A DNA stretch of 64,000 bases from Longimicrobiales bacterium (GCA_965218295.1 CBDCKN010000013.1:96001-160000), one strand, 5' to 3'. Numbered from the stretch's first letter, positions 47,464-58,029 are shown. Notes: a model not told the origin generated them from the sequence alone. Program-made: numbers and translations.

Positions 47464-48566
47464 CGAATCTTGAGGGCGCTGAACGCCACCATCGCGGACA
47501 GGATTCCCATGATCCAAAACCGGACGACCACCTTGCTCTCGGGCCAACCCAACTGCTCGAAGTGGTGATGTAGCGGAGCCATCCTGAAGAGCCGCTTCCC
47601 CTTCCCGTACTTGCGGGCCGTGTGCCGGAAGTAGCCGACCTGGAGCATCACCGAGAGAACCTCCACCACGAACACCGCGCCCACGATGACGAGGAGGAAC
47701 TCGGCCTTGAGCAGAATCGCCATGGCGCCGATGACCCCCCCCAGCGCCAGCGAGCCCGTATCGCCCATGAAGACCTCGGCGGGGTGGCCATTGAACCACA
47801 GAAAGCCCAGGCATCCCCCCGTGAGACCGAGGGCCAGGATGGTGAGCTCCCCCGCCCCGGGGAGGTAGAACAGCCCCAGGTACTCCGAGCTGTCGACTCG
47901 GCCCAGGAGGTAGGCGAAGATCCCGAAGGTGGCCGCGGCGATGGCGGTGAGGCCTGCCGCGAGGCCGTCGAGGCCGTCGGTGATGTTCACCGCGTTGGAG
48001 CTCCCCGAGATGACGAACGCCACGAAGGGCACATAGGCCCACGGAGCGAAGAGGAGCGAGAGATCCGAGAAGAACGGCAGCATCGTCCGGTTCGGATCCA
48101 CCGGGGAGATCGGATGCAACAGCAGAAACAGTCCCAGGCCGAGCCCGAAGGCCCACTGGCCCGTCATCTTGTAGCGGGCCACGAGGCCCGCGGTGCGCCC
48201 CTGGACGACCTTGAGGTAGTCGTCCATGAAGCCGATGGCGCCCATGGCCAGCAGCGTCAAGAGGGCCAGGATCGTGTACCAGTTCGTCAGCTCCGCCCAG
48301 AGCAGCGTGGACACGGCCGTAGACGCGAGGATCAACACGCCGCCCATCGTAGGCGTGCCGGCCTTCCCCAGGTGGGTCGCCGGCCCCTCGCTCCGCACGA
48401 CCTGGCCGAACCGGAGCCGTGTGAGCGCCCGAATGGTCATGGGCCCCAGCACGAACGCGAGCATCAGGGACGTGACCAGGGCGCCCGCCGCCCTGAACGT
48501 GATGAAGCGAAAGAGGTTAAAGACGATGTGGACGTCTGCCAGGCCGGGAAGCAGATGATAGAGCAT
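47460..48566 (-). CDS. mraY: Phospho-MurNAc-pentapeptide transferase
   Basis: TPTMGG, DDY.K, NAVNITDGLDGL, FMGDTGSL, APLHHHFE. Confidence 0.97.
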   Translation of the reverse strand: MLYHLLPGLADVHIVFNLFRFITFRAAGALVTSLMLAFVLGPMTIRALTRLRFGQVVRSEGPATHLGKAGTPTMGGVLILASTAVSTLLWAELTNWYTILALLTLLAMGAIGFMDDYLKVVQGRTAGLVARYKMTGQWAFGLGLGLFLLLHPISPVDPNRTMLPFFSDLSLLFAPWAYVPFVAFVISGSSNAVNITDGLDGLAAGLTAIAAATFGIFAYLLGRVDSSEYLGLFYLPGAGELTILALGLTGGCLGFLWFNGHPAEVFMGDTGSLALGGVIGAMAILLKAEFLLVIVGAVFVVEVLSVMLQVGYFRHTARKYGKGKRLFRMAPLHHHFEQLGWPESKVVVRFWIMGILSAMVAFSALKIR

Positions 48567-50005
48567 CAGGCCTCCACCCCGCCGGGCACCGCTGCGGCTC
48601 CCCCGAAGTCCCTCTCGAACTCCGGGATCACCCGCTCCAGAGCGAACCCCCTCGACGCCTTGATCAGCACCACTTCGTCACCGCCGAGGCGACCCTTGAG
48701 CGCCTGGTACGCTTCCAGTGGATCGGCGATCGCGATGGGCTCGGGTCCGGTTGTGCCGGCGGCCATCCGATCCACGGCACGTGCGAAATCGCCGGTTGCC
48801 ACGACGAGATCGAGCCCTATGGTCGCGGCCTCTGCAAGGAGAGCCGCGTGCAGCTCGTCGCTCCGGCTCCCCAGCTCAAGCATGCTCCCCAGGAACGCCA
48901 CCTTAGGGCGCCCGGGCTCGATGGCCACGAGCAGATCCAAAGCGGCCCGCGTGCTCTGTGGATTCGCGTTGTAGCAGTCCAGCAGCAGGGTCAGCCCATC
49001 CAGGTGCCGGATCTCGCCCCGCAAGGAGCTCACTTTCAGGGAGCTGACGCCCCGGGCCGCCTCGGCTGCCGGCACCTCCAGCATGTCCGCCACGGTCAGG
49101 GCGAGAAGGGCGTTCATCACCGAATGGCGACCGGGCACCCGCAGCCGCACGGGCTCGCCGTGCCACAGGAAGCTCCAGTTGCCCTGATCGTCCATGGTCG
49201 CGTCGTTCGGCTGGAGCTCGGCGTCGGCCCCCTCGCTCCATCCGGCCACCTTGACCTGCGGGCGGATCCGCCGCGCTTCCTCGGGCAGGATCGGCGGCTC
49301 GTCACCCACCACCGCCCTCCCGTCCTTCGGAAGCCCGCGGAGCAGGTCGAGCTTCTCCATGAGCACGCCCTCAAGAGACTCCAGCTTCTCGATGTGCGTT
49401 TCCGAGACGGTGGTGACGACGCCGATCTCGGGTCCAGCGATCTCGGTGAGGGTGCGGATCTCCCCTGGCTCGTTCGTGCCCATCTCCAGAACCACCACCT
49501 CGGCGTCGTCGGGCGCGTCGAGCAGCATGAGTGGCAAGCCCACCCGGTTGTTGAGGTTCCCACGGGTGGCGTGGAGCCTACGCGACCCCTCGAGGGCGGC
49601 CCGCGTGAGGTCCTTGGTGCCCGTCTTTCCCGACGACCCGGTGATGCCGACAACGGCGGCCCTCAGGTGCGTGCGGCGGTAGCCGGCCAGCCGGCCCAGC
49701 GCATGAACGGTGTCGTCCACCGGATAGAGTCGGGGGTTGCCTCCCACCTCGACGTCCCGAGACACAACCGCACCGCGTGCGCCCCGCTCCAGGGCCGCGA
49801 TCACGTAGTCGTGACCGTCGAAGTTGTCGCCCTCCAGGGCGACGAAGAGGTCTCCCTCGCGAGCCGTGCGGCTATCCGTGGAGACTCCTCCAAAACGAAG
49901 GGTGCCGTCTGCATCGGACGTGAGGCCCTGGGCGGCGCCGTCGACGGGTGTCAGACCCAGTGCGGCTCTGACGTGCCCATCCGTCCACGCGAAGCCCCCC
50001 GTCAT
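48566..50005 (-). CDS. murF: MurF ligase
   Basis: GITGSSGKT.TK, NLNN.VG.P, EMG, DCYNANP, KASRG. Confidence 0.95.
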   Translation of the reverse strand: MTGGFAWTDGHVRAALGLTPVDGAAQGLTSDADGTLRFGGVSTDSRTAREGDLFVALEGDNFDGHDYVIAALERGARGAVVSRDVEVGGNPRLYPVDDTVHALGRLAGYRRTHLRAAVVGITGSSGKTGTKDLTRAALEGSRRLHATRGNLNNRVGLPLMLLDAPDDAEVVVLEMGTNEPGEIRTLTEIAGPEIGVVTTVSETHIEKLESLEGVLMEKLDLLRGLPKDGRAVVGDEPPILPEEARRIRPQVKVAGWSEGADAELQPNDATMDDQGNWSFLWHGEPVRLRVPGRHSVMNALLALTVADMLEVPAAEAARGVSSLKVSSLRGEIRHLDGLTLLLDCYNANPQSTRAALDLLVAIEPGRPKVAFLGSMLELGSRSDELHAALLAEAATIGLDLVVATGDFARAVDRMAAGTTGPEPIAIADPLEAYQALKGRLGGDEVVLIKASRGFALERVIPEFERDFGGAAAVPGGVEA

Positions 50006-51486
50006 GCCGCACCTCCGAGCTCGGACAGGCTCTCCTGAACGATTCGACGCTCATCGAAGGGGCGACTCTCCGTGCCGATGACCTGGTAGCTCTCGTGGCC
50101 TTTGCCGGCGAGAAGGACCAGGTCTCCGGCGCGCGCCGCAGCAAGAGCCATTCTGATGGCCTCGCGGCGGTCCGCGTGGCGCTCATGGCGGGAACCCGCC
50201 ATTCCGGTGACCACGTCGTCGATGATGGACTCGGGGTCTTCGGTCCTCGGATTGTCGGACGTCACTACGGCCAGATCGGCGCCCTGGGCTACCGCAGCAC
50301 CCATCTTCGGCCGCTTGCCCCGATCTCGATCGCCGCCGGCCCCGAAGACCACGATGATCCGTCCGGACGTCAGGGGCCTGAGAGTGGCCAGAACGCTGTG
50401 CAGCGCCTCGGCCGTGTGAGCAAAGTCGATGAGGATGGAGAACGGGTCGCGGGCTACGATCTCGAGGCGGCCCGGTACCTGCGGGACGCTTTCGAGTCGT
50501 GCGGCGATTGCCTTCACTCCCATCCCCGCCGCCGTCCCCGCCCCCGCGGCGGCCAACGAGTTCTCGACGTTGAAGCGCCCGAGAAGCGGGAGGTTCACCT
50601 CCGCGCCCTCGTCGGCCAGAGCAATGCGGAACCGCGTCCCGTGTGGCTCGGGCGCGAGGGCCTCGGCCCTCAGGTCCGCGGGGGAATCCACGCCGTAGGT
50701 CAACGTGCGACGCCCCTCCAAGGGCAGCGACCGCCAGTGGTCGGCGTCGGCGTTAACGACCGTCAGCCCGTCCTCCTTCATCAGATCCAGAAGGAGGGAT
50801 TTGGCGCCCAGATAGCTCGCCATGTCCGGGTGATAGTCCAGGTGATCCTGGGAGAGGTTGGTGAACACGGCAGCGTCGAAGCGCATTCCGGCGAGCCTCT
50901 TCTGCTCCAGGGCATGGGATGACGCCTCGACGGCAACGGAGTCGACACCCTCTTCCACCAGCCCACCGAGCCATTGGGACAGCTGAACCGGTCCCGGGGT
51001 GGTGAGCCCCTCTGTGCCGGCCCGGACGGCACCGTCGGCCTCTACCAACCCGAGCGTTCCGATGGCGACGGCCGGCCCCGAGTCCTCCAGGAGATGTCGC
51101 GTGATGAGCGCCGTTGTGGTCTTCCCGTTCGTTCCGGTGATCCCGACCGTGAACAGATCTTGCCAGGGGGATCCGAGGATCGTGTCGGCAGCCAGGGCGG
51201 CCGCGCGCCGTCCATCCGACACCTGCAGCTGGGGGATCCCGGCCTCCGGCACGTGGCGCTCGACTACCGCGGCTACAGCTCCGGCCCGGGCGGCAGGAGC
51301 GACGAAGTCGTGAGCGTCCCACTCGGATCCGCGCCATGCGAGGAACAGGTCCCCCGCCTTCACGGACCGTGAGTCTTGGGTAACTCCCGAAACGGCCACG
51401 TCCTCCTGACCGTGGAGCTCGTCTACGAGGCCCGCAGTCCGGAGGACTCTCGCTACCGAAACGAGGGAGGTAGGAGCGTTAGCCAT
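50002..51486 (-). CDS. murE: MurE ligase (DNPR motif, meso-DAP type)
   Basis: GITGTNGKTTT, DHLDYH, DFAHT, TSDNPRTE, AGKGHE. Confidence 0.96.
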   Translation of the reverse strand: MANAPTSLVSVARVLRTAGLVDELHGQEDVAVSGVTQDSRSVKAGDLFLAWRGSEWDAHDFVAPAARAGAVAAVVERHVPEAGIPQLQVSDGRRAAALAADTILGSPWQDLFTVGITGTNGKTTTALITRHLLEDSGPAVAIGTLGLVEADGAVRAGTEGLTTPGPVQLSQWLGGLVEEGVDSVAVEASSHALEQKRLAGMRFDAAVFTNLSQDHLDYHPDMASYLGAKSLLLDLMKEDGLTVVNADADHWRSLPLEGRRTLTYGVDSPADLRAEALAPEPHGTRFRIALADEGAEVNLPLLGRFNVENSLAAAGAGTAAGMGVKAIAARLESVPQVPGRLEIVARDPFSILIDFAHTAEALHSVLATLRPLTSGRIIVVFGAGGDRDRGKRPKMGAAVAQGADLAVVTSDNPRTEDPESIIDDVVTGMAGSRHERHADRREAIRMALAAARAGDLVLLAGKGHESYQVIGTESRPFDERRIVQESLSELGGAA

Positions 51487-53530
51487 CCCCCCTCCGTCCC
51501 GTCGATGCGAGACGCACCGTATCTCCGGGTTCCAGTCGGGACCCGGCCTCGGGAAGCGTGAGCGTCACCGGACCCGATCCCTCCCAGCGGACACGCAGTC
51601 CCAACTCGTGCATCCGCCGGGCCGCGGCTCGGGCCGGCAAGCCCGTGACGTCCGGAACGCTGATACCGGCAGAGCCGTCAGGCATGTCGGGCCCTCGATC
51701 CGCCGCATGCCCCACTTCCGAGTCGAAGTGCACGAGCGGTGCCCGATCCTCGGCGGCCGGTAGTGACGCGAAGCGAGACGCCGTCGCGGATCCGCTCGAC
51801 GAAGCCGTCTCCGGATGAGTCCTGGACGCGCCCGGGAGGGCCTGAGCCCGTGCGACCAGAGCCAGCGCGTTGCGGTCCAGCGGTGTCTGTTGGGCCGCCA
51901 GGATGGACTCCAGCGTCGTACGCGTGACAGGAGCGGCCGTGGCTCCTCCGTAGTACGCACCTCTGGGTCGATCCAGCTTGACCAGCACCACAAGCTGTGG
52001 ATCCTCGGCCGGGAAGAACCCGGCGAACGACGAGAAGTACTCCCCCGACTGGTAGCCGCCATCCGACCACGCCCGGCTCGTGCCGCTCTTCCCGGCCACC
52101 GCGAACGTGCTGAGCCTGGCGCGCGTTCCCGTGCCGTCCTCCACGACGTTCACGAGTACGTCCGCGATCTGCCGGGCCACCGACGGCGACACGACCTGCC
52201 GCACCATCCGTGGCTGAAAGCGATCGACGGTCCGGCCCTGGGCGTCGCGAACCTCCTTCACGAGCCGGGGCTGCATGAGGCGGCCGCCGTTGGCCAGGGC
52301 ACCGTACGCCATGGCCATCTGGAGGGGCGTCACCGACACCTCGTAACCGATGGCGAGGGAGACGGGGGACTGGCGGCTCCACCGCTCAGGGCGCCGGAGA
52401 GTGCCCTTGCCCTCGCTCGGCAGCCCGACTCCCGTGGGCGCCCCGAGCCCGAAGTCCCTCAGAGTCTGGTACTGGATGGCCGGAGTCATGACCTGGGCGG
52501 TCTTCGCCACGCCGACGTTGGAAGAGATCTCGAGCGCATGGGCTAGGGTCATCACACCGCCCTCGGGGTGGACGTCGCTCACCGTTCGACCTTCCACGGT
52601 CCAATGACCGGTCCCCGTATCGACGCTGTCCTCGAGAGTGGCGAGTCCGTACTCCAGGAGGCCGGCAACCGTGAAGGGCTTGAGGGTCGAACCGGGCTCG
52701 TACGGAGTGTTGATGGCGGACAGCGCGTTCGTGGACCCGTCCCGTATGGAGACCATGGCCAGGATGTCCCCGGTGCGTGGGTCGGTGATCACCAGGTCGC
52801 CGCCCCAGGCTTCCGTCTCCTTAACCGCCTCCACGAGGGCCTGGCGGCCGATCTCCTGCAGATCCACGTCGAGGGTGAGGACGACCTGGCCCCCCTCTTC
52901 AGGCTCCTTGACCAGAACGCTCTCGCCGGGAATGGGATGGCCCAGAGGATCACGCGCCAGGACGGCCCTCCCCTCGCTGCCCCTAAGGGCCTCGTCGAAG
53001 GCCTGCTCCACCCCCCCGTACGCCTCGCCGTCCCGAACCACGCCCAGGAGCCCGCGCGCCAATCCTCCGCGGGGGTAGAAGCGACGATACTTACGTTCCA
53101 GGTACAGGCCGCGAACGTTCGTCAGGGCCTCACGCACCGAGGGAGGATAGGAATTCGGCAGGACCCGCCACGGCCTCGACGAGGTCGTGGCGTCTCGCAC
53201 TAGGTCCCGGCCGAGCCCCAACGTCTCGGTCAGGAGCCGTGTGACGGCCTCCACGTCCCGAATCTCCCGCGGCGCCACGCTCACCCTGAAGGTCTCCCGG
53301 CTCATGGCGAGCTCGACCCCCGAGCGGTCGAGGACGGACCCTCGCGGGGCCGCCACCTCGACGCTGGTCCGGTGCTGCTGCTCGGCCTGCTGCCTCCAGA
53401 TCGCTCCCTGGGCAACCTGGATCTGCGAGGCCCGACCGACGACAACACTCCCGGAAAGGAGCCAAACGGTGAGGAGAACGCGTCGCCGGAACGTCACCTT
53501 GGAGCCGGCCTGCTTGCGCCGCCGCCTCAT
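51479..53530 (-). CDS. ftsI: Division transpeptidase FtsI/PBP with C-terminal PASTA domain
   Basis: EPGSTLK (SxxK), SSN (SxN), KSGT; VPDVTGL PASTA-like tail. Confidence 0.93.
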   Translation of the reverse strand: MRRRRKQAGSKVTFRRRVLLTVWLLSGSVVVGRASQIQVAQGAIWRQQAEQQHRTSVEVAAPRGSVLDRSGVELAMSRETFRVSVAPREIRDVEAVTRLLTETLGLGRDLVRDATTSSRPWRVLPNSYPPSVREALTNVRGLYLERKYRRFYPRGGLARGLLGVVRDGEAYGGVEQAFDEALRGSEGRAVLARDPLGHPIPGESVLVKEPEEGGQVVLTLDVDLQEIGRQALVEAVKETEAWGGDLVITDPRTGDILAMVSIRDGSTNALSAINTPYEPGSTLKPFTVAGLLEYGLATLEDSVDTGTGHWTVEGRTVSDVHPEGGVMTLAHALEISSNVGVAKTAQVMTPAIQYQTLRDFGLGAPTGVGLPSEGKGTLRRPERWSRQSPVSLAIGYEVSVTPLQMAMAYGALANGGRLMQPRLVKEVRDAQGRTVDRFQPRMVRQVVSPSVARQIADVLVNVVEDGTGTRARLSTFAVAGKSGTSRAWSDGGYQSGEYFSSFAGFFPAEDPQLVVLVKLDRPRGAYYGGATAAPVTRTTLESILAAQQTPLDRNALALVARAQALPGASRTHPETASSSGSATASRFASLPAAEDRAPLVHFDSEVGHAADRGPDMPDGSAGISVPDVTGLPARAAARRMHELGLRVRWEGSGPVTLTLPEAGSRLEPGDTVRLASTGRRGDG

Positions 53531-53829
53531 GGGGCTCCTCCGGTGAGCAGGACCATCTCCGACGCCTCGGGCTGGTGCATGCCGAGGCGCTCCACTGCCA
53601 CGGTCGAGATCCGTGTCCTGCTCTCGAGATGCTGGATCCGGCGCTCCATCTCCGTCTGCTCTGCCGCTGCGAGAGACAGCTCGCGTCGCACCTCGTCCAG
53701 GGCCGCCAGGGCCTCGAAGGCCCTGCTCTGGCGCCACGTCACCAAGCTCAAGGAAGCCAGCAGGCCGGCGAATCCGAGGGCTAGGAGGCTGGGCACGCCC
53801 CAGGTGCGCTGTCGCTGTCGCCGCCTCAC
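53527..53829 (-). CDS. ftsL: Cell division protein FtsL
   Basis: TM helix plus coiled coil ending RI...A.ERLGM..P; lies between rsmH and ftsI. Confidence 0.8.
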   Translation of the reverse strand: MRRRQRQRTWGVPSLLALGFAGLLASLSLVTWRQSRAFEALAALDEVRRELSLAAAEQTEMERRIQHLESRTRISTVAVERLGMHQPEASEMVLLTGGAP

Positions 53830-54788
53830 GATCTCCTCCAGGCCCTAAGGCGGGCGCTGCGGGCTCGTGGATTGCGGGCCACCTCGATCTCGCTCGAACT
53901 GAGCGGAGCGCGCGTCAACGTGCTTCCGAGGGGCTCACCACGGCACGTGCAGACCGGGAAACCCGGAGGGCACACACACGAGCGGCTCCACTCCCGAAAC
54001 GCGTTCTTCACCAGCCGATCCTCCAGCGAGTGATACGAGATCACGACGAGGGTAGCCTCAGGGCTCAGCGCCTCCCGGATTCTTGTAAGGCCGTGCTCCA
54101 GGGCCTCCAGCTCGCTGTTCACCGCTATTCTCAATGCCTGGAAGATCCTTGCCTTCTCCTTCGCCTTGGGCGTGCGGCCCAGCGCTCTGGAGTAGGCAGC
54201 CACGAGGTCGTCGCTAGTCCGGAAGGGCGCATCGTCCCTGCGGCCCAAAACCTCCCGCGCCAGCCGGCGTGCTCGGGGCTCTTCTCCGTACTCATGGAAG
54301 ATTCGGGCCAGATCGCCCTCGCTGGCCTCGTTCAGGATCTGGGCGGCAGTCGGGACCTCCTCTTCCCCACCCGCCATGCGCATGTCGAGGTCGACGTCCC
54401 GACGGAAGGCGAAGCCCCTTTCGTCGGCATCGAGCTGGTGGGAGCTCACACCCAGGTCGAGGAGCGCCCCGGCTAGCGGCTCGACCACACCCGCATGGTC
54501 GAGCGCTTCATCGAAGCGCGCCTGCAGGAATCGGACTCGTCCGCCGAACGGGGCCAGAGCGGCCTCTGCGGCAGCCAGCGCTTCGGGGTCACGGTCCACG
54601 GCGATGACCCGGCACTCTGCGCACGTCTCGAGCAGCAGACGGGAATGCCCACCCCCGCCCACGGTGCCGTCCAGGTAGAGACCGGACCCGGACGGCCCCA
54701 TCAGCTCCATCACCTCGGTAGCCATGACCGGCTCGTGATATCGCACTCGATGCTCCGCCCGTTCGGTTACCGTCTCAGCGGCTCGCAT
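53826..54788 (-). CDS. rsmH: 16S rRNA m4C1402 methyltransferase RsmH
   Basis: HEPVM, DGTVGGGGHS, DLGVSSHQLD, ISYHSLEDR, NPRARSA.LR. Confidence 0.97.
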   Translation of the reverse strand: MRAAETVTERAEHRVRYHEPVMATEVMELMGPSGSGLYLDGTVGGGGHSRLLLETCAECRVIAVDRDPEALAAAEAALAPFGGRVRFLQARFDEALDHAGVVEPLAGALLDLGVSSHQLDADERGFAFRRDVDLDMRMAGGEEEVPTAAQILNEASEGDLARIFHEYGEEPRARRLAREVLGRRDDAPFRTSDDLVAAYSRALGRTPKAKEKARIFQALRIAVNSELEALEHGLTRIREALSPEATLVVISYHSLEDRLVKNAFREWSRSCVCPPGFPVCTCRGEPLGSTLTRAPLSSSEIEVARNPRARSARLRAWRRS

Positions 54789-54803
54789 GATGAGAGCCAC
54801 GGG

Positions 54804-55244
54804 TCACCCGAAGATCTGGTTGGAGAACTTCTCGAACTCTCCGGTCCCCGTCCGGACCGCCTCATCGAAGCGGGCCGGATTCCAGAGCTCCACGCGGTCG
54901 ATGTTACCGACGAGCAAGACCCGTCCATCCAGGCTCGCCGCCTCCTGCAACCACGCCGGAACGAGGATGCGTCCTTGCTTGTCCGGGGCGACCTCAACAG
55001 CGCTGGCCGCGATGGCGAGCACGTCTCCCCAGGCCTCCGGCTGGTTCCGGCGGAATGTGAGCAGGCGCTCCTGGGTCTGGGCCCAGGTGCGCCGGGGAAA
55101 GAGCGTGAGGGCAGGCGGTTTCCACTGGAGCAGCACGAAGCGGTCGCCCTTGGCCTCCCGGCGAAACGCCGAGGGCAAGCTGACCCGCCCCTTCTGGTCC
55201 AGTTGGTACTCGTATCTGCCCAGAAAACTCGTCACACGCGGCAC
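54804..55244 (-). CDS. mraZ: Transcriptional regulator MraZ
   Basis: Two DxxGR motifs (LDQKGRV, PDKQGRI); first gene of the dcw cluster; alternative GTG start at 55235. Confidence 0.95.
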   Translation of the reverse strand: MPRVTSFLGRYEYQLDQKGRVSLPSAFRREAKGDRFVLLQWKPPALTLFPRRTWAQTQERLLTFRRNQPEAWGDVLAIAASAVEVAPDKQGRILVPAWLQEAASLDGRVLLVGNIDRVELWNPARFDEAVRTGTGEFEKFSNQIFG

Positions 55245-55281
55245 TCTGTGGGTAAGTGTGGTGAAAAGTGGTAAGCACTGG
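55238..55281 (+). promoter_or_regulatory. MraZ-box-like array (GTGG, 10-bp period)
   Basis: GCGG 55238, GTGG 55248/55258/55268, CTGG 55278. Confidence 0.75.
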
Positions 55282-55285
55282 AGCC

Positions 55286-55315
55286 ATAATACGACCGAGC
55301 TTAGAGGACAGTCAA
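55286..55315 (-). promoter_or_regulatory. sigma70-like promoter of the dcw cluster
   Basis: Minus strand TTGACT (55315-55310), 18-nt spacer, TATTAT (55291-55286). Confidence 0.65.
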
Positions 55316-55608
55316 GCTTTTTTGTGAGAGATAGTTTTCGGTTTTTCTTTGGGGTCCGGACTCAGATGGGAACCCTGTAAGAGACCACTGCTCAGATACT
55401 TAGGGCTCTGGACCTCGTCCCGGCTGGGAGGCGTATTCAGGAAGTTTTGGGAGACGTTTTTCGGTAAACTCCGCCCTCCCCACTCCTCCCCACGACTCGG
55501 CGTGTGCCCGCGGAGGAAGGGACGGCGGCAGCCAGACCGGTGGGATTCCCTGGAAGACACAGGCCCAGCCACAGGGGCCCCCAGGGGACTCCATGCCTGG
55601 CGCACACA

Positions 55609-55648
55609 GAAAAAGCGCCGCGGGGAGCGTTCCCCACGGCGCTTTTTC
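55609..55648. terminator. Bidirectional intrinsic terminator downstream of the TPR gene
   Basis: GAAAAAGCGCCG-CGGGGA-GCGT-TCCCCA-CGGCGCTTTTTC. Confidence 0.85.
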
Positions 55649-55670
55649 GCGCGACTCTGAGCGGTGAAGC

Positions 55671-57419
55671 CTATCGGCCCCGCTTGATGATCGCCTCTTG
55701 GATTTCGATGTACGTACCCGCCGCATCGATGAACTGCTGATAGTTGATCGACGGAGTCCGGTCAGCGTAGCCCTTGGATCGTCGGAAGAGCGTCAGCGCC
55801 TGCTGGAACATGGGCAGTGACCGGTTGGCCGTCTCCAGCGTCTCCGGTGATCCGACCGCCATCCCCCGGTTGTAGAGGCTGTAGGCGTGCCAGAAGTCGA
55901 ACTGCTCACGGATCTGAGTCGTGACCTCGAACTCCTTGGCCTGGCGGATCAGCTCGATGAAGCGAGCGTAGTTCTTCCGGGTAGGCTGGATGTTGGTCGA
56001 GTAGGCGTGGCTGAATATCATGTTCGCCGCTTGATCCGCAGCCGAGCCATTCGTAACCGCCTGCCGCAGCACCGGCAGCGCGTCCTCGATGCGCCCGGCA
56101 TCGATCAGCCAGTTCCCCATCCGCAGGTGCAGGTTCGGCCAGTCGGGGTCGATGCCCTCGATGGTGGCAAGCGCCTCTACGGCCTCGTCGATCTCACCGT
56201 TCTCCTTCAGGGCCTCCGCATAGATGGCCCAGAGCGTCGACTCTTCGGCGTGCGACTGCAGTGCACGGCTGGAGAACTCGGCCGACGCCGCAGCGTCGCC
56301 CAGTTGGAGATGGGCCGCGGCCACATTGCGCAGCTGGGTGACCAGGGTCTCCTCACCCTTGGCCTCGAAGACCTTTTCGTACGCCCCGATGGCCTTCCGG
56401 TAGAGGTCGGCCACCTCCTGGGTCATGCCGTCTCCACCGTCGAGCTGTGCTTCCCTGCGGACCTGCTCGGCGCCGGCGAAGGCGAAGTTCCCGACCTGCT
56501 CGTAGTAGTCGATGTTGTCCGGGTCGGCCGCGATGCCCTCGTCGATGAGCTCTATGCCTCCGAGGGGGTCACCCTCTTGGGCCAGGTCATAGGCGACCTT
56601 CATGCGCACCGAGGCGTTGGTCGGGTCGAGCTGCAGGTACTGGCGGTAGTAGCCGCGAGCCAACTGCTCGTCGCCGAGGTTGATGGCCAGGAAGCCACCC
56701 AGGAGAAGCGCGTTCTCATGCAAGGGATCCTGCTCCAACAGACGCTTGATTTCTTCCAGCGACTCCTCGAAGCGATCCGTCCGGCGAAGCACGTTGGCAC
56801 GCGTATAGCGAACCGAGTTCGCGCTGGGGTTCAGCTCAAGCGCCCGATCGCAGTTCTCGAGAGAGCTGTTCCACTGCTGGCTCTGGGCGTAGTCGACGCA
56901 GAACACAGCGACGCGAGTCTGCTCGACGAACAGCTTGAACCGATCGACGATCTGTGCGGCCGCCTGTTCTTCCTGCTTGTCGGCTGACATAACTGGGTCG
57001 ACGTGGAACTCCTCTCCGGTGCTGGTACCCACGAACTTGATGTTCTGGATATCCCACCGCTGCTTGGTCCCGCTGTATTCAGCACACAGCACCACCTCGT
57101 AGTTGGTCTGCTGCGCGAGCTGACGGGCCCGGACGCAGTCGAGGTCTTCCATCTTCAAGTGGAACCGCCTGAGGGCGTTCTTGATGTCCTTCTCGCTCAC
57201 GGCGGTGTGCGTATTCAAATCGCTGATCTGGTCTCTGAGCTTGTCGGCCAGCTTCTCACCGAAGCCTTTGTTCTCCCCGTTCATGGGGCGGAAGTCAGGA
57301 ATGAGAACCCGAAAGCGGCTGCTCACAGTCTGCTGGGCCTCAATGGCCGTGCTACCCGTCACGGGCAACGCTAATAGCACGGCGGCAACAACACCCAGAC
57401 GGCGGCGTCCAGTCATCAT
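55671..57419 (-). CDS. Exported tetratricopeptide-repeat protein
   Basis: Signal peptide; many TPR-like helices (RALELNP, YLQLDP, IAADPDN); AGGAG RBS. Confidence 0.8.
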   Translation of the reverse strand: MMTGRRRLGVVAAVLLALPVTGSTAIEAQQTVSSRFRVLIPDFRPMNGENKGFGEKLADKLRDQISDLNTHTAVSEKDIKNALRRFHLKMEDLDCVRARQLAQQTNYEVVLCAEYSGTKQRWDIQNIKFVGTSTGEEFHVDPVMSADKQEEQAAAQIVDRFKLFVEQTRVAVFCVDYAQSQQWNSSLENCDRALELNPSANSVRYTRANVLRRTDRFEESLEEIKRLLEQDPLHENALLLGGFLAINLGDEQLARGYYRQYLQLDPTNASVRMKVAYDLAQEGDPLGGIELIDEGIAADPDNIDYYEQVGNFAFAGAEQVRREAQLDGGDGMTQEVADLYRKAIGAYEKVFEAKGEETLVTQLRNVAAAHLQLGDAAASAEFSSRALQSHAEESTLWAIYAEALKENGEIDEAVEALATIEGIDPDWPNLHLRMGNWLIDAGRIEDALPVLRQAVTNGSAADQAANMIFSHAYSTNIQPTRKNYARFIELIRQAKEFEVTTQIREQFDFWHAYSLYNRGMAVGSPETLETANRSLPMFQQALTLFRRSKGYADRTPSINYQQFIDAAGTYIEIQEAIIKRGR

Positions 57420-57529
57420 TCTCACTCCTGGATGGAACCCTGAAAGCGTTGGCTCCTGCGGTCCCCCCTGGAGCACCGCAGGAGCTTTGACGAACTGATG
57501 GCCTCTTCAGGGCTGAAGGTCTGGCATAG

Positions 57530-57557
57530 AAAATATACGGGGCGCCGACAAGGTCAA
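57530..57557 (-). promoter_or_regulatory. Putative promoter of the TPR gene
   Basis: TTGACC, 16-nt spacer, TATTTT on the minus strand in an AT-rich patch. Confidence 0.4.
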
Positions 57558-58029
57558 CTGCCTTCCTCACACCCCTCCTTTGGTTTCATACCGCCGCAAG
57601 GCCCGTTTTGTTACACTGCATGATTCCACGGTAGTGAGTGAATACTTCTGAGCCCGGCGGGGCGCCGCACCCGCGCAGCTCCCATCCTCGTCAACTCTCC
57701 CAGACCCCGACGCGCGGACCGTCCTCGGGGAAGGGGTCGTCCCACGCCTCGATCGCCGAGCGAATGGCGTCTTCGGTGACGGTCGGGACGCCATATTCTC
57801 CCGGACCCGGCCCGGGAACGCAAAGGCGTTCACCCCGCACCCGCCTCGAGGCGGCCCCAGTGAGAGGAGCTCGCCGTGAAGGCGTGGCGTCGTACGACTG
57901 GATCTCAATGGCGCATTGGGCTTAGTCTTCGAGAAGGGGGCGAGGCCACTCCACCGTTCGTCAGGAGCCCACACGTTGAATCCGCACCACTCATCGGCCT
58001 GCCTCGTGACTTCCGCCGGCCTCCGCACC

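Noticed and set aside
55380..55600. rnpB or another known ncRNA upstream of mraZ
   Set aside because: No GAGGAAAGUCC or other RNase P hallmark on either strand
57820..57860. GAACGC-AAAG-GCGTTC hairpin as a c-di-GMP riboswitch
   Set aside because: The second stem and conserved nucleotides are not recognisable
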